64,000 bases of DNA. It comes from the human T2T-CHM13v2.0 reference genome, Homo sapiens. Positions 1-18,548 of this stretch are shown here, piece by piece. The translations under genes and the position numbers were made by a program. Each line of letters begins with the position of its first letter. The stretch's first letter is position 1. The notes below the pieces were generated by a model, which was given only the letters and a program-made list of their open reading frames with translations, had not been told where the DNA came from and did not search any database. Where the stretch lies: the NCBI RefSeq assembly GCF_009914755.1, contig NC_060947.1; one strand, 5' to 3'.

Positions 1-990
1 ATTTATATTGGTACATTACTTTTAAATAAATTACAAAACTTAGTTTTCACCATTTTAAAAATCTATTCATTTGTGCATAAGTGTGTGCAATTTCGTGCCA
101 TATATATGTTCCTGTAACCACCACCACAATCAAGACTTAGAACTGTTACCATAAAGGAACTCCCTGTTCTTTGTATCTGCACCCCCCACACACACATGCC
201 CACCACCACACCCACCACTGTTCCTGTTCCACTTATCCGTTCTCCATCTCTATAGTTTTGACATTTGAGCATGTTATATAAATGGAATAGTATAATATGT
301 AACCATTTGAGATTGACTTTTTTCGCAAAGCATAATTCCCTTGAGGTCCATCTAAATTGTTGTATCAGTAGTTCATTTTTTAAATTGTTGAGTGTTCCAT
401 TGTGTGGTTGTACCAGCGTTTGTTCAAACATTTACTCATTGAAGGACATTCAGATTTTCACTATTTTGCCATTGTGAGTAAAGCTGCTGTGAGCAATCAT
501 AGACAGGGTTTTGGATGAGTTTAATTTTTCATTTCTTTGGGATAAATGCCCAAGAATAGAATGGTATATGTTTAGTTTTACAAGACACGGCACTATTTCA
601 TTTTTTTTTTTTCCACATCAGATGTGGAAAAAAAATGTACTGGCATTGTAATAAGGCTTGAGGGAGGCACATCTCACACATGAACGTGAAAACCCAATGT
701 CGTCACACTTACGTCATCATAAGCTTATGAACTACAAAAAGATTGTGCCACACTTTTGGAGTGTCTGTACCATTTTACATTCCCACCAGCAATGTATGTG
801 ATCCAGTTTCTCTGCAGCATTCACTGTTACCACTTTTTAAAATTTTAGCTGTTCTTCTATTGTGATTTTACTTGGCATTTTTCTTTTTTTAAATTAAAAA
901 CATTTTCTTGCTCTCGGTCTTAAAATTATTTCCTCAAATACATTGTGTTTTTCTAATGGCTAATGATGTTGGGCATCTTTTCATGTGCCA
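1..990 (-). mobile_element. Old L1M (L1MB/MA-like) 3' region, interrupted by the U13 copy; continues in pieces to ~5870
   Basis: L1M 3' motifs such as ccattttacattcccaccagcaatgtatg and gatgttgggcatcttttcatgtgc. Confidence 0.75.
601..743 (-). pseudogene. U13 (SNORD13) snoRNA retrocopy with polyA tail
   Basis: Reverse complement reads ATCTTTTTGTAGTTCATAAGC...ATTGGGTTTTCACG...GTGTGAGATGTGCCTCCCTCAAGCCTTATTAC..., then A12; inserted in an old L1M. Confidence 0.88.
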
Positions 991-1332
991 TCTGTGTCTT
1001 CTCCTCCTCCCTTCTTCTTTCTCCTTCTTTCTCCCTTCTTCCTTCTTTCTTCTTCTTCTTGTTATCTTTGCTCACTGCAACCTCCCCTTCCTGGGTTCAA
1101 GCAATTCTTGTGCCTCAGCCTCCTGAGTAGCAGGGATTACAGGCACGCAACATCATGCCCGGCTAATTTTTGTATTTTTAATAGAGACAGGGTTTCATGA
1201 TGTTGGCCAGGTTGGTCTCGAACTCCTGGCTTCAAGTGATCCTCCCACCTCAGCCTCCCAAAGCCATGGTGCCAAGCCCCATCTGTATATTTTCTTTGGT
1301 GAAGTGACTGTTCATTTCTTTGGCCCAGTTTT

Positions 1333-1785
1333 TTTTTTATTTTTTATTTTTATTGTTTGGAATTCAGTGCAAATTTTATTAGACTACAAAAACATATCAT
1401 AGTTATTTTAGATATATTTATATGAAGTCATAAAAGCTATGATTTTTGAAAAACAGCATAAGAAATTTTTTTAATTTCTTATATAAATTAACTTTAGTGT
1501 CTTAAGGATTCAATGATACAGTTTTTAAATTTTTTAAATTGATAGCAATTGTACATATTCTTGAGGGCACATAATTATATTTCCATACATATAATTTATA
1601 GTTATCAGATCAGGGTAATTAGCACGTCCACCATCTCAAATGTTTATCATTTTTTTGTGTTGAGAATGTGCAACATCCTTCTAGCTATTTGAAACTATAT
1701 ATTGTATTATTATTAACTATAGTCATTCTACGGCGCTATAGAACACTAGAACTGATTTCTCCTATCTAGCTATAATTTTGTATCT
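1333..1785 (-). other. Probable 3'-transduced segment carried by the L1PA (unique DNA plus an older L1MA 3' end) with its own polyA
   Basis: Lies inside the TSD pair 1317-1332/3778-3793; AATAAA (-) at 1375-1380; A-tail 1329-1354. Confidence 0.75.
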
Positions 1786-3785
<2,000 letters not shown>

Positions 3786-3833
3786 CTAGTTTTAATTGTG
3801 TGTTTTTTTGTTTGTTTTGTTTTGTTTTGTTTT

Positions 3834-6310
<2,477 letters not shown>

Positions 6311-7365
6311 AGTTGTTCACTATTTTATATTTTATTGATGTGTGCTTGTGCAAAATTTCTGTAGGAAATCTTGATATTTTGAAATTGTGTTCCAAAAGGC
6401 TATACCTGTTTGTAGTCAAAATAACAGTGAAGGAAAATATCTGTTTCCCTACAACCTCTTTAACGCTGGGAATAATCAATGCTTTAAAAATTATTCCTGT
6501 AAAATTAGAGTATATAACTTAAAATTTTATAAAAATTACATACATGTTCATTGAAGAAATGAAACAGCATAGAATTGTATAAAGTGAAAAGGAAAAATCT
6601 TGTTCTTCCCTTCCTACCATCCCATTAGTAGCCAGTATTAGATTTGGTGTGAAGTATTATAAATTTTACTATATAGGAAAAGGTGTTTTGAAGTGTTTAT
6701 TTTTCTAGTTGTAGAGATAATGAGGATATATTTTTAGCCAAAGCTATCTGTTCATTTATATATTTTTAAGTTGCTAAATGGAATGGTGTTTCATTTTTGA
6801 GAAAAAATAAAAACATTTTCAGGGTCTTTGGGCTTTTCATCAAATAGGCCCTTGACCAGTGAGATTTATTACCCCAGTTCCCTCTGGATGGTTTCTGCCT
6901 TCTTGAATTTCTAGTTTAGATTCTGAGTGAGATTATGTTACTCTGGTTTAAGAGACTGAACCTCTTAATCTTGGAAACTAAACATCCTAATTTACATTTG
7001 ATCCTCATTCTACATAAGGTAAGGAGCCTAGCTATATTGTGAAAGATTAGATTCACTTCTCTTTAATTTTCACTTGTTTTGGATCTAGTTTGAAGATAAA
7101 TATCTAAGAATTGCAAAGTCAGAGCTCATCTCTTTGGGATCTGGACTATGTGTAGTTGCATTTAGTAATTCTAATTTCTTTAGGAATTTAGTATGCAGAT
7201 TTTTCTTTTTATATCTGGCACTGATCTTTTTTTTTAAACTTTCTACTTCTACTGAGCTTTTATTTTTTAATTTTAATGGTTCACATTGGAACAAATGCAT
7301 ATCCTCACACCATCCACTGTCAAGATAATAATTTATGCTGTTTTGACAGAGTACTCATTTTCTTA

Positions 7366-7836
<471 letters not shown>

Positions 7837-8892
7837 TTACTGGAACCATGAAGCTTGTGACTTGCGTTTCTTCTCACATCACCATACAGAAGGAAATTAA
7901 CTTATAAACCAGAAAAGGAATTTTCTTGGTGGAATATCAACTTTCCAAAGCTGTCATTGGCATTATCTCTATTTAAGGACATTTGAATTCGAATTGTATG
8001 TGATTCTGTAGACCCTACCGCTCCTTATTTGGTATGAGGCAAAGTATAAATAAATAACGTTTCTCCAACGTGACATGTAGAGTTGCTTCAGCCATGATTT
8101 AACAAGAAGAGAAAAAGCAAAATATACTCAGAAAAAACATTCCTTTTCGTGAGTGGGTAGCTTATTCTTATAGTGACAAGTCACAGATTATCTTTCATTC
8201 ATTTTGGTGTCATTCTAGAAATTCTTTATAACTGAATTCTGGTTTTCTGTGTAGTAACCCTTTAGGGACTGGGAATTGGAGTTCAATTCTGTTTAATCTT
8301 CTTCCCAGCCCCCCTACAGTAGCTTCAGCAACTTTACTATTCCTGTAGAGGCTCTATTGTCTTTGTCTCTTTACTTGGATTCCTCATTTCTTCCTAAGCT
8401 ACAAAACCTATAGCTGATCATCCTACTTTTAGTAAGCTCCTGATTGCTCCAGAATGTAGAACGATATTTTTAGATTTTTGGAGATGGTTATGGATCTCTG
8501 TGAAAATCCGATGAAAAACTAAGGCTGTTCTGCTCTCAAAAATGTATATTACATACAGAATTTTGTTTATAGTTCTAAGGGATTCATAGCTCTGTCTCTC
8601 ATAAGAACTCCTGGTATAGGTAGGGATAAGAAAACATCACAGTGGATATTTTTATCCACAATTTAACAGTGGTTTGCCAGTTCCACCAGCATATTTCATT
8701 AGAAAGACTTAAATGCTCCTTTGCTTATAATAGTGTAATAGAGTCTAATAGCTGAAGCTCTTGTAACTATTGAGAACATGGACTGTCTAAAACTGACACA
8801 AACAGCTAATATCAAACACATAAGTGTATCAGCTATGCAAGTAAGTGTGGGTTTTTTTTTTAAATATTCTAGAGGTATTAGTGGATATTTCT

Positions 8893-9522
<630 letters not shown>

Positions 9523-9820
9523 ATTAGTGGATATTTCTTAGAGTGATGTGTTGCAAAGAAAATGGGTAAGGAAGAGGTCCCATTTTCAAAATGGATTAAA
9601 GTAAGAGAGAAACTTCACGAATGTATAAAACTAATTTTTCCTTGTATTATAAAGTGAGGGAATTGAGATATTGAGAGGTTGGTTCATGTTTAAGTTTCGA
9701 AACTAAAGTAGAATAAAGGCTGAATTCCTAATTTATAGGCTGGGGTTTTAGCCATGAGGCAGGTCCCTATAGGTAGAAGAGCCTATACTGTAAGGAACTA
9801 CCGTTGTACAGGCTTGGTGA

Positions 9821-10090
<270 letters not shown>

Positions 10091-10284
10091 TGAACTACTG
10101 AGCTCAAGTGATCATCCTGCCCAGCCTCCCAAAGTGCTGGGATTACAGGCGTGAGCCACCACACCCGGCTCTAAATATCTTGACAATTGACTTTTCTTTT
10201 TTGTTTGTGTTTGGCACAGGCAGTTTCTGTGAGGATACAACTTTATTTTACATATTTTAAAGAATAAATGACCTATACTTGTAA

Positions 10285-10629
<345 letters not shown>

Positions 10630-11567
10630 TGATAAAACAGTAGGTTCAATTTAGGGATCACCTCTTGTGAAGGCTTTCTTAATTCCTCTTCCCCTCTTAC
10701 CTCCCAGAATCAGCCACTTCCTTCTTTGTGCCACTATTTTTCCATTGCATTGTATTGCCCTATTTGTTTACAGTCTATTTCACTGTACTAGACTATAAAC
10801 TTCTTGAGGATATGACCTATATCTCACTCATTTCTATCATCTCCAATGCCTGGCACACAAAAAGTATTAAGAAAATGTCTTATGAATAAATAAGTGAATG
10901 ATCAGTATATTAAAAGAACATTTTAAGTATTTAAGGCAGGGATTGAAAACTCAAATGCCTTCAGTGTCTAGGCAGAAGATAAGCAGACTTGGGAGGGACT
11001 TTGATAACCTGGAGAACACATACTTTATCTAAGAGGAACAGCTGCTACTAAGCCCCAGCCCATTGGTGCCTTGTGGGAAAGCTGACTCTGTCTTGGCCAC
11101 ATCTTTAAATTTTCTAAAAGAAGCCAGACAATTTAGGTTTTTATGTGAAATCTCCCATCTGTTAAATGTTATCAACTAAGTTTTTTTCAAAAAAGCCTTC
11201 TATTGAAATATAACTTAGATACAGAAAAGTGTTTTATGTATTATGGGTATATAGCTCAATCCATTTTTACAAACTGAACTAATTTTTTATGTGAGCCAAA
11301 CAAACTACAAGCCACCAGTTTGCAACTTGTAACTAAGGCCATATGGGGACCCATATAGTTAAGAATCATCTTATAGGTAAAAATGTCTTAAGGAGACACA
11401 TCAGCCAGATACAATGTATGGACCTTTCTTGGGTTATGATTCAAAGAAATAAATGTAAAAGAGTGTTTATAAAGTAATTTGGGAAATTTGACTCTTGGCC
11501 GGCTATTTGATAATATTAAATAATTATTGTTCATTATTTTAGATGTGATATAGTTGGTTTGTTTTTA

Positions 11568-13252
11568 TTTTTTATTTTTTTTTCCTTTTTTTTTTTTTAT
11601 TGATCATTCTTGGGTGTTTCTCGTAGAGGGGGATTTGGCAGGGTCATAGGACAATGGTGGAGGGAAGGTCAGCAGAGAAGTGAACAAAGGTCTCTGGTTT
11701 TCCTAGGCAGAGGACCCTGCGGCCTTCCGCAGTGTTTGTGTCCCTGGGTACTTGAGATTAGGGAGTGGTGATGACTCTTAAGGAGCATGCTGCCTTCAAG
11801 CGTCTGTTTAACAAAGCACATCTTGCACCGCCCTTAATCCATTTAACCCTGAGTGGACACAGCACATGTTTCAGAGAGCACAGGGTTGGGGGTAAGGTCA
11901 TAGATCAACAGGATCCCAAGGCAGAAGAATTTTTCTTAGTACAGAACAAAATGAAAAGTCTCCCATGTCTACTTCTTACTACACAGACACAGCAACCATC
12001 CGATTTCTCAATCTTTTCCCCACCTTTCCCCTTTTTCTATTCCACAAAACTGCCATTGTCATCATGGCCCGTTCTCAATGAGCTGTTGGGTACACCTCCC
12101 AGACGGGGTGGTGGCCGGGCAGAGGGGCTCCTCACTTCCCAGTAGGGGCGGCCGGGCAGAGGCACCCCTCACCTCCCGGACGGGGCGGCTGGCCGGGCGG
12201 GGGGCTGACCCCCCCCCCCACCTCCCTCCCAGACGGGGCGGCTGGCCGGGCGGGGGGCTGACCCCCCCACCTCCCTCCTGGACGGGGTGGCTGCCAGGCG
12301 GAGATGCTCCTCACTTCCCAGACGGGGCGGCTGCCGGGCGGAGGGGCTCCTCACTTCTCAGACGGGGCGGCTGCCGGGCGGAGGGGCTCCTCACTTCTCA
12401 GACGGGGCGGTTGCCGGGCGGAGGGTCTCCTCACTTCTCAGACGGGGCAGCCGGGCAGAGACGCTCCTCACCTCCCAGACTGGGTCGCGGCCGGGCAGAG
12501 GTGCTCCTCACATCCCAGACGGGGTGGCGGGGCAGAGGCGCTCTCCACATCTCAGACGATGGGCGGCTGGGCAGAGACGCTCCTCACTTCCTAGATGGGA
12601 TGGCGGCCGGGAAGAAGCGCTCCTCACTTCCTAGGTGGGATGGCGGCCGGGTAGAGACGCTCCTCACTTTCCAGTCTGGGCAGCCAGGCAGAGGGGCTCC
12701 TCAGATCCCAGACGATGGGCGGCCAGGCAGAGATGCTCCTCACTTCCCAGACGAGGTGGCGGCCGGGCAGAGGCTGCAATCTTGGCACTTTGGGGGGCCA
12801 AGGCAGGCAGCTGGGAGGTGGAGGTTGTAGCGAGCCGAGATCACGCCACTGCACTCCAGCCTGGGCACCATTGAGCACTGAGTTAACGAGGCTCCGTCTG
12901 CAATCCCGGCACCTCGTGAGGCCGAGGCTGGCGGATCACTCGCGGTTAGGAGCTGGAGACCAGCCCGGCCAACACAGCGAAACCCGGTCTCCACCAAAAA
13001 AATACGAAAACCAGTCAGGCGTGGTGGCGCGCGCCTGCAATCGCAGGCACTCGGCAGGCTGAGGCAGGAGAATCAGGCAGGCAGGTTGCAGTGAGCCGAG
13101 ATGGCAGCAGCACAGTCCAGCTTCGGCTCGGCATCAGAGGGAGACCGTGGAAAGAGAGGGAGAGGGAGACCGTGGGGAGACGGGAGAGAGAGAGGGAGAG
13201 GAGGGAGAGGGAGAGGGAGAGGGAGAGGAGGAATTCTGTCTTACTCCAGACC
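11568..13252 (-). mobile_element. SVA retrotransposon (apparently full-length, ~1.7 kb, probably C/D type), antisense in TAF1 intron 32
   Basis: On the + strand: polyT, SINE-R (~11600-12070), GC-rich VNTR (~12090-12770), Alu-like region (~12775-13150), short (AGAGGG)n; 16-bp TSD agttggtttgttttta at 11552-11567 and 13253-13268. Confidence 0.97.
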
Positions 13253-14268
13253 AGTTGGTTTGTTTTTAGAGCAGCTTTAGTTCATGGCAAAATTGAGCAG
13301 AAGTTACAGAGAGTTCCCATATACTCCCTGCCCTCACATACATACAGCCTCCCCAGTTATCAACATCTTGCACCAGGCTGGGCGTTGTGGCTCACGCCTG
13401 TAATCCCAGCACTTTGGGAAGCCAAGGTAAGAGGATCTCTTTAGGCCAGGAGTTCAAGACCAGCCTGTGCAACATAGTGAGACCCCCCCCCCACCCCCAA
13501 TCTCTACAAACAAAGAAAAATGGGCATGGTGGTGCATGCCTGCACCCAGGAGTTCAGGGCTGCAGTGAGCCATGATCATGTCACTGCATTCCAGCCTGGG
13601 TGACGGAGCGAAACTCTGTCTCAAAATAAAAACAACAGCCTGCACCAGAGTGTTATATTAATTGTGTTAGTTGGTGAACCTACAATGACATATCATTATC
13701 ACCCCAAGTCCATGGTTCATTCTTGGTGGTGGTATACATTGTATGGGTTTTGAAAAATGTATAATGACATGTATCCACCATTATATTATCAGACATAATT
13801 GTTTGTTAAAAGCATCCTTAGGATGGGCACAGTGGCTCATGTCTGTAATCCCAGCACTTGGGGAGGCTGAGGGGGGCGGATCACTTAAGGCCAGGAGTTC
13901 AAGAGTAGCCTGGCCAACATGGTGAAACCTAGCAACACATACTGAACAATTTTTAGAGGAAAATTGTTATGATGCTGGAATTTGCTTCAAAACAATTTGA
14001 GAAGAGTCTGAAAATTGAAGTAAATGAAACAAGATTGACTGTGTGTTAATCATTGAATCTGGCTAGTGAGTACATGGGAGTCCATTATGTTAGTGTTGTA
14101 TTGCATATGTTTGGAATTTTCTGCCTCTGAAAGTAGAACAAGAGTCCAAGTTAAAGCTGAGGCATGGTTTTTCTAGGTCTAGGATAATGGGACACACTGC
14201 TGATGACAGAATGTAAAATTCTGGAACAAGTCTGCAAAGATAATGGCACTTTCTTATTTTATTTATAG

Positions 14269-14336
14269 GACCTGAGAGTCAGTATACTAAGACTGCCCAG
14301 GAGATTGTGAACGTCTGTTACCAGACATTGACTGAG
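14269..14336 (+). CDS. TAF1: TAF1 exon 33 (bromodomain 2, C-terminal helix)
   Basis: tttatag|GACCTGAG...ACTGAG|gtaggt; 68 nt; translates (G)[22 protein letters not shown], matching recalled TAF1. Confidence 0.97.
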
Positions 14337-14737
14337 GTAGGTGGTAAAGATGGAGGTCCTAAGCCTGGGCAACATAAGGAGACCCCATCTTTACAAAAAA
14401 AGATTTAAAAATTAGTGGGGTCTGGTGGTACACAGCTGGGACGTGTGGTCCCAGCTACTCGTCTGAGGTAGGAGAATCATTTGAGCCTGGGAGGTCAAGG
14501 CTGCAGTGAGTCATGACCATATCTCTGCATTCCAGCCTGGGCAACAGCAAAACCCTGTCTCAAAAAATAAAAGAGGTCTCCTTGGGATCTAGCTTTTTGA
14601 AATCCTGTTCCCTTGAATGAGGAGCTTTCCCTGATTATCCTATTTTAAAATGTAGTATTCCCTACCCCCCAACTCCGCATCCCCTGTTTCCTTCCCTGCT
14701 TAATTTATTTTGATTATTATCTGTGTCCTGCCACTAG

Positions 14738-14986
<249 letters not shown>

Positions 14987-15105
14987 TAGTTTTCTTATTG
15001 GTTTGGGAAATTGGGAGCATGTTAACAAATCCGTTTACTGAGATACCATTCTTCTCTGTCCTTCCTCTTCATATGCCTTTCGTGTGCTTTCTTGTCTTCT
15101 CAAAG

Positions 15106-15111
15106 GCTAAG
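15106..15111 (+). CDS. TAF1: TAF1 neuronal microexon 34' (Ala-Lys)
   Basis: Long pyrimidine tract containing TGC motifs, then caaag|GCTAAG|gtgagt; 6 nt in frame; matches the known N-TAF1 AK insertion. Confidence 0.93.
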
Positions 15112-16739
15112 GTGAGTGAGGGCCATGGGTCTTGGTGGCCTTGAATCCAGAAAAGGCAGCTGTGGGATGAATGAATGGGGTGGGGCCTTAGTTGTTTAGG
15201 CAGTGTTTGGGAATATCAGATCCCTGACCCAGCCATCCTCTGGGTCTCGGGAATTTTCTTGTCCATGAATTTTGGGACTCTAGAACATCCCTAGAGTGTA
15301 GACTTCTCAGTTACAGACATGGGCCATATTGTTCCTGTGCCTTACAGACACTTGATTACTCATTCCCTCAGAGATATCTCAGTGTAGCTCAGAAGTCACC
15401 CATTTTCCTGGATTGACTCCTAGTAAATGAAGAAAGGTAGTATTAATAATGTTCTTAAATGTTCATGTCAAAAGAATGAGAGAGCAGGATAAATAAGAAA
15501 TTTTTAGTCTTCCTGGTCTAACTGAACCCTTGAAATACACTAAGAGTATATTTCCTCCATACTGTACTCTTAGAGGGTTGGCATATTTGAAGAATAGGAC
15601 TTAACAGAATATCACTGGTGCTTGGTTTCTGTATTGGAGGCACTATGGTAGGGTGGAAAGTACATAAGAATTGACATAAAGCAGGCCTGGGTTTGAGTCT
15701 TAGTTCTCCTGCTGTCTAGCTTTGTAATCTTGGAAAGTTAACCTCTCTCACTTAGTTTCCTTTTCTCTGAAATCTTTTCAAGATTGTTGTAAACATTAAA
15801 TGAATTAATTTAATTTGCCTGACACATCTTTATCTGTTCTCTGAGACCCTTTCAAATTTAATCAAATATTTTAATGCAGAACTCTGCCAATTCCCACAGG
15901 AAAATTTTTTTTCATTCTATCCAGGTTTCCCTCTGAACTGATAATGCAACCTATGTGACCTCTGTTGGATTATTGCTGTCTCTATATCTCGTTCATGCAC
16001 TATCCCTATCTATCTTTTACTCTCTCTTTCATCTCACAACCTAGGTTACTGAGGGGCCAGGTATAAAAGAACCCTCAGATACTTCTTCAAGGTCCAGAAC
16101 AAGGAAAGGCTCTTGGAGTGTGTGGGCAGATTGGGTCAAGGGGGCTTGGGTGAGTGATGTTGCCCAGGAAGGCCCTATTTGCTAATAGGCCCACAGCTTC
16201 CACAAGGTACTTTCTGGTAAGTTAAAGCCTGGGTATTAGCCATCATTCCCCAGGAGAGTCTAGCCATTGAATGGCACATGGTTTGCTCATTTCTAGGACA
16301 GCCTAAGCCTAGTCCTTTGGTGAGTCAAAGCCTTAGACCCCAAAGTCACCTTCCTTTCTTCACTACGTCTCCCAGACTACCTCAAATGGCTAAGGACAAC
16401 CTGTTAGCTATTTCTCTCTTGAGCATTAGCTGTCATTTGGTGCAGTTAGAGGGTTTCCTATGAAGAGTAGGATTAGATAGTACTGCTTCATTATTCCAGT
16501 TCACCTTTTCATCATTCCCTTCACTCACAAACAGTTTAAGATAGTAACCAACTCATTATCTCTTAACCTGAGGAAGGTGTACATGAGTGACTGTCCTTAC
16601 TTTACTTACATTACTACTGTCAAACTCAAATGTTATTAGAGTGTGTTTGCAAAAGTGTAACCTGCCTTAATACAATGTTGGTTGTAAGAAGCATGATAGT
16701 AATCATACCTTTCAACTTCTAAATGGTGGTGGTCAATAA

Positions 16740-17051
<312 letters not shown>

Positions 17052-18302
17052 AATAATGTATTTTCACTCAACTGTTTCCACCTAACTTGGATTGCATCAT
17101 CTGTTCAGCTTAACACCTTATCTAAAACTGTTGACTTTGCAGTTTTCTGCACTGTGCCGTAGGGTTTTGCAGAAATTTCATCCCCTTATTTTTCCTTTCT
17201 TCTGTTCCACATTGATTTACCTGCTCTGTAATGCTTTGAATTTTGTTTTGCCTCTGTTTCTCCAAAACCCTCTTCTGAATCAGTTTTGTTTCCTTTTTTA
17301 AAAAACACAATGTAACACATATCTGTTCTATCTGTTGATAAAAGTAACATGTTTGTTAGAGAAAACTGGAAAATAAAAACAAGAAATAAGTTACCTCTTG
17401 TAATCACTTCCACCACTCAGAAGCAACATCAGCCAGTGTGAATATTTTTATTTCTTTCATATCTGTAGCGTATGTATTTGTGTTTATAGACACACTTTTA
17501 AAATGAAATTGATCAATATGGTTTTGTGTCTTAACTCTTTTCACTTTACATTATTTTGTGAGCACTTTATCTAGTCCTTCTTGCCCTCCTGTCACAGAAT
17601 AGTCCATTTGCTGAATCCCTGTTCTTTCCAGGGCAGAAAACAGGGAAGGGATCTATAATATATTGAGTACCAGGCATGGGTAAGGAACTTACACATCTCT
17701 TAATTCTCACAACAACCCTGTGAGGTAGACATTATCATCCATGTTTTATAGTTGAGTTAATCAAGGCTTAGAGATGTTAAGTAATTTGTTACTCACTAGC
17801 AAGTGTTGGGGCCAGGACTCAAACCCAGGACATTTTACTCCAAGGCCTATGATTTTTCACCATGCCATTTTGCTTCGTAGCATCCTCTGATGGGCTCATA
17901 AACTATCAAAGCATTCTATGCTCTTGTTGGAATTGAAATTCCTTTATCTCATTTCCTCTGTCTCCAAATCAAGCAATCAAAATAGCACTGATATGAAGCC
18001 TTGGGCCTAAAAACCGAAAGACAAGGCTTAGAAAAAAACTAGGTTATTGACCAGAAAGGCTGTTAGGACATAAAATTGTCCCATAGCTTTGGTGCATTTC
18101 TGCTTCAGGCTTCTGATTACGTGCATCAGGCACCTGTCTACTAGAATAGGCAACATTTATAAGAGTCCCAAAAACTTGTCTGTAAAGCTGTGTCAAACTA
18201 TGTTTCTCTTTAACTGAATTGCTCTGCATGATCTTTTTCTCCAGTAAATGCCTTAAAGGGGAGTTATCTGTATTTATTTTCCCTTTCCTAGATAGAAGCT
18301 AA

Positions 18303-18548
<246 letters not shown>

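Noticed and set aside
601-743. Functional intronic snoRNA
   Set aside because: It is antisense to TAF1, polyadenylated and internally rearranged.
11568-13252. That this SVA is the XDP disease insertion
   Set aside because: It is ~1.7 kb with a short interrupted hexamer tract, versus the recalled ~2.6 kb element with a long pure tract. The presumed XDP site near 600-640 is empty.
11765-13444. Long GC-rich ORFs (up to 250 aa)
   Set aside because: They are translations of the SVA VNTR and Alu-like regions; stop-poor by composition.
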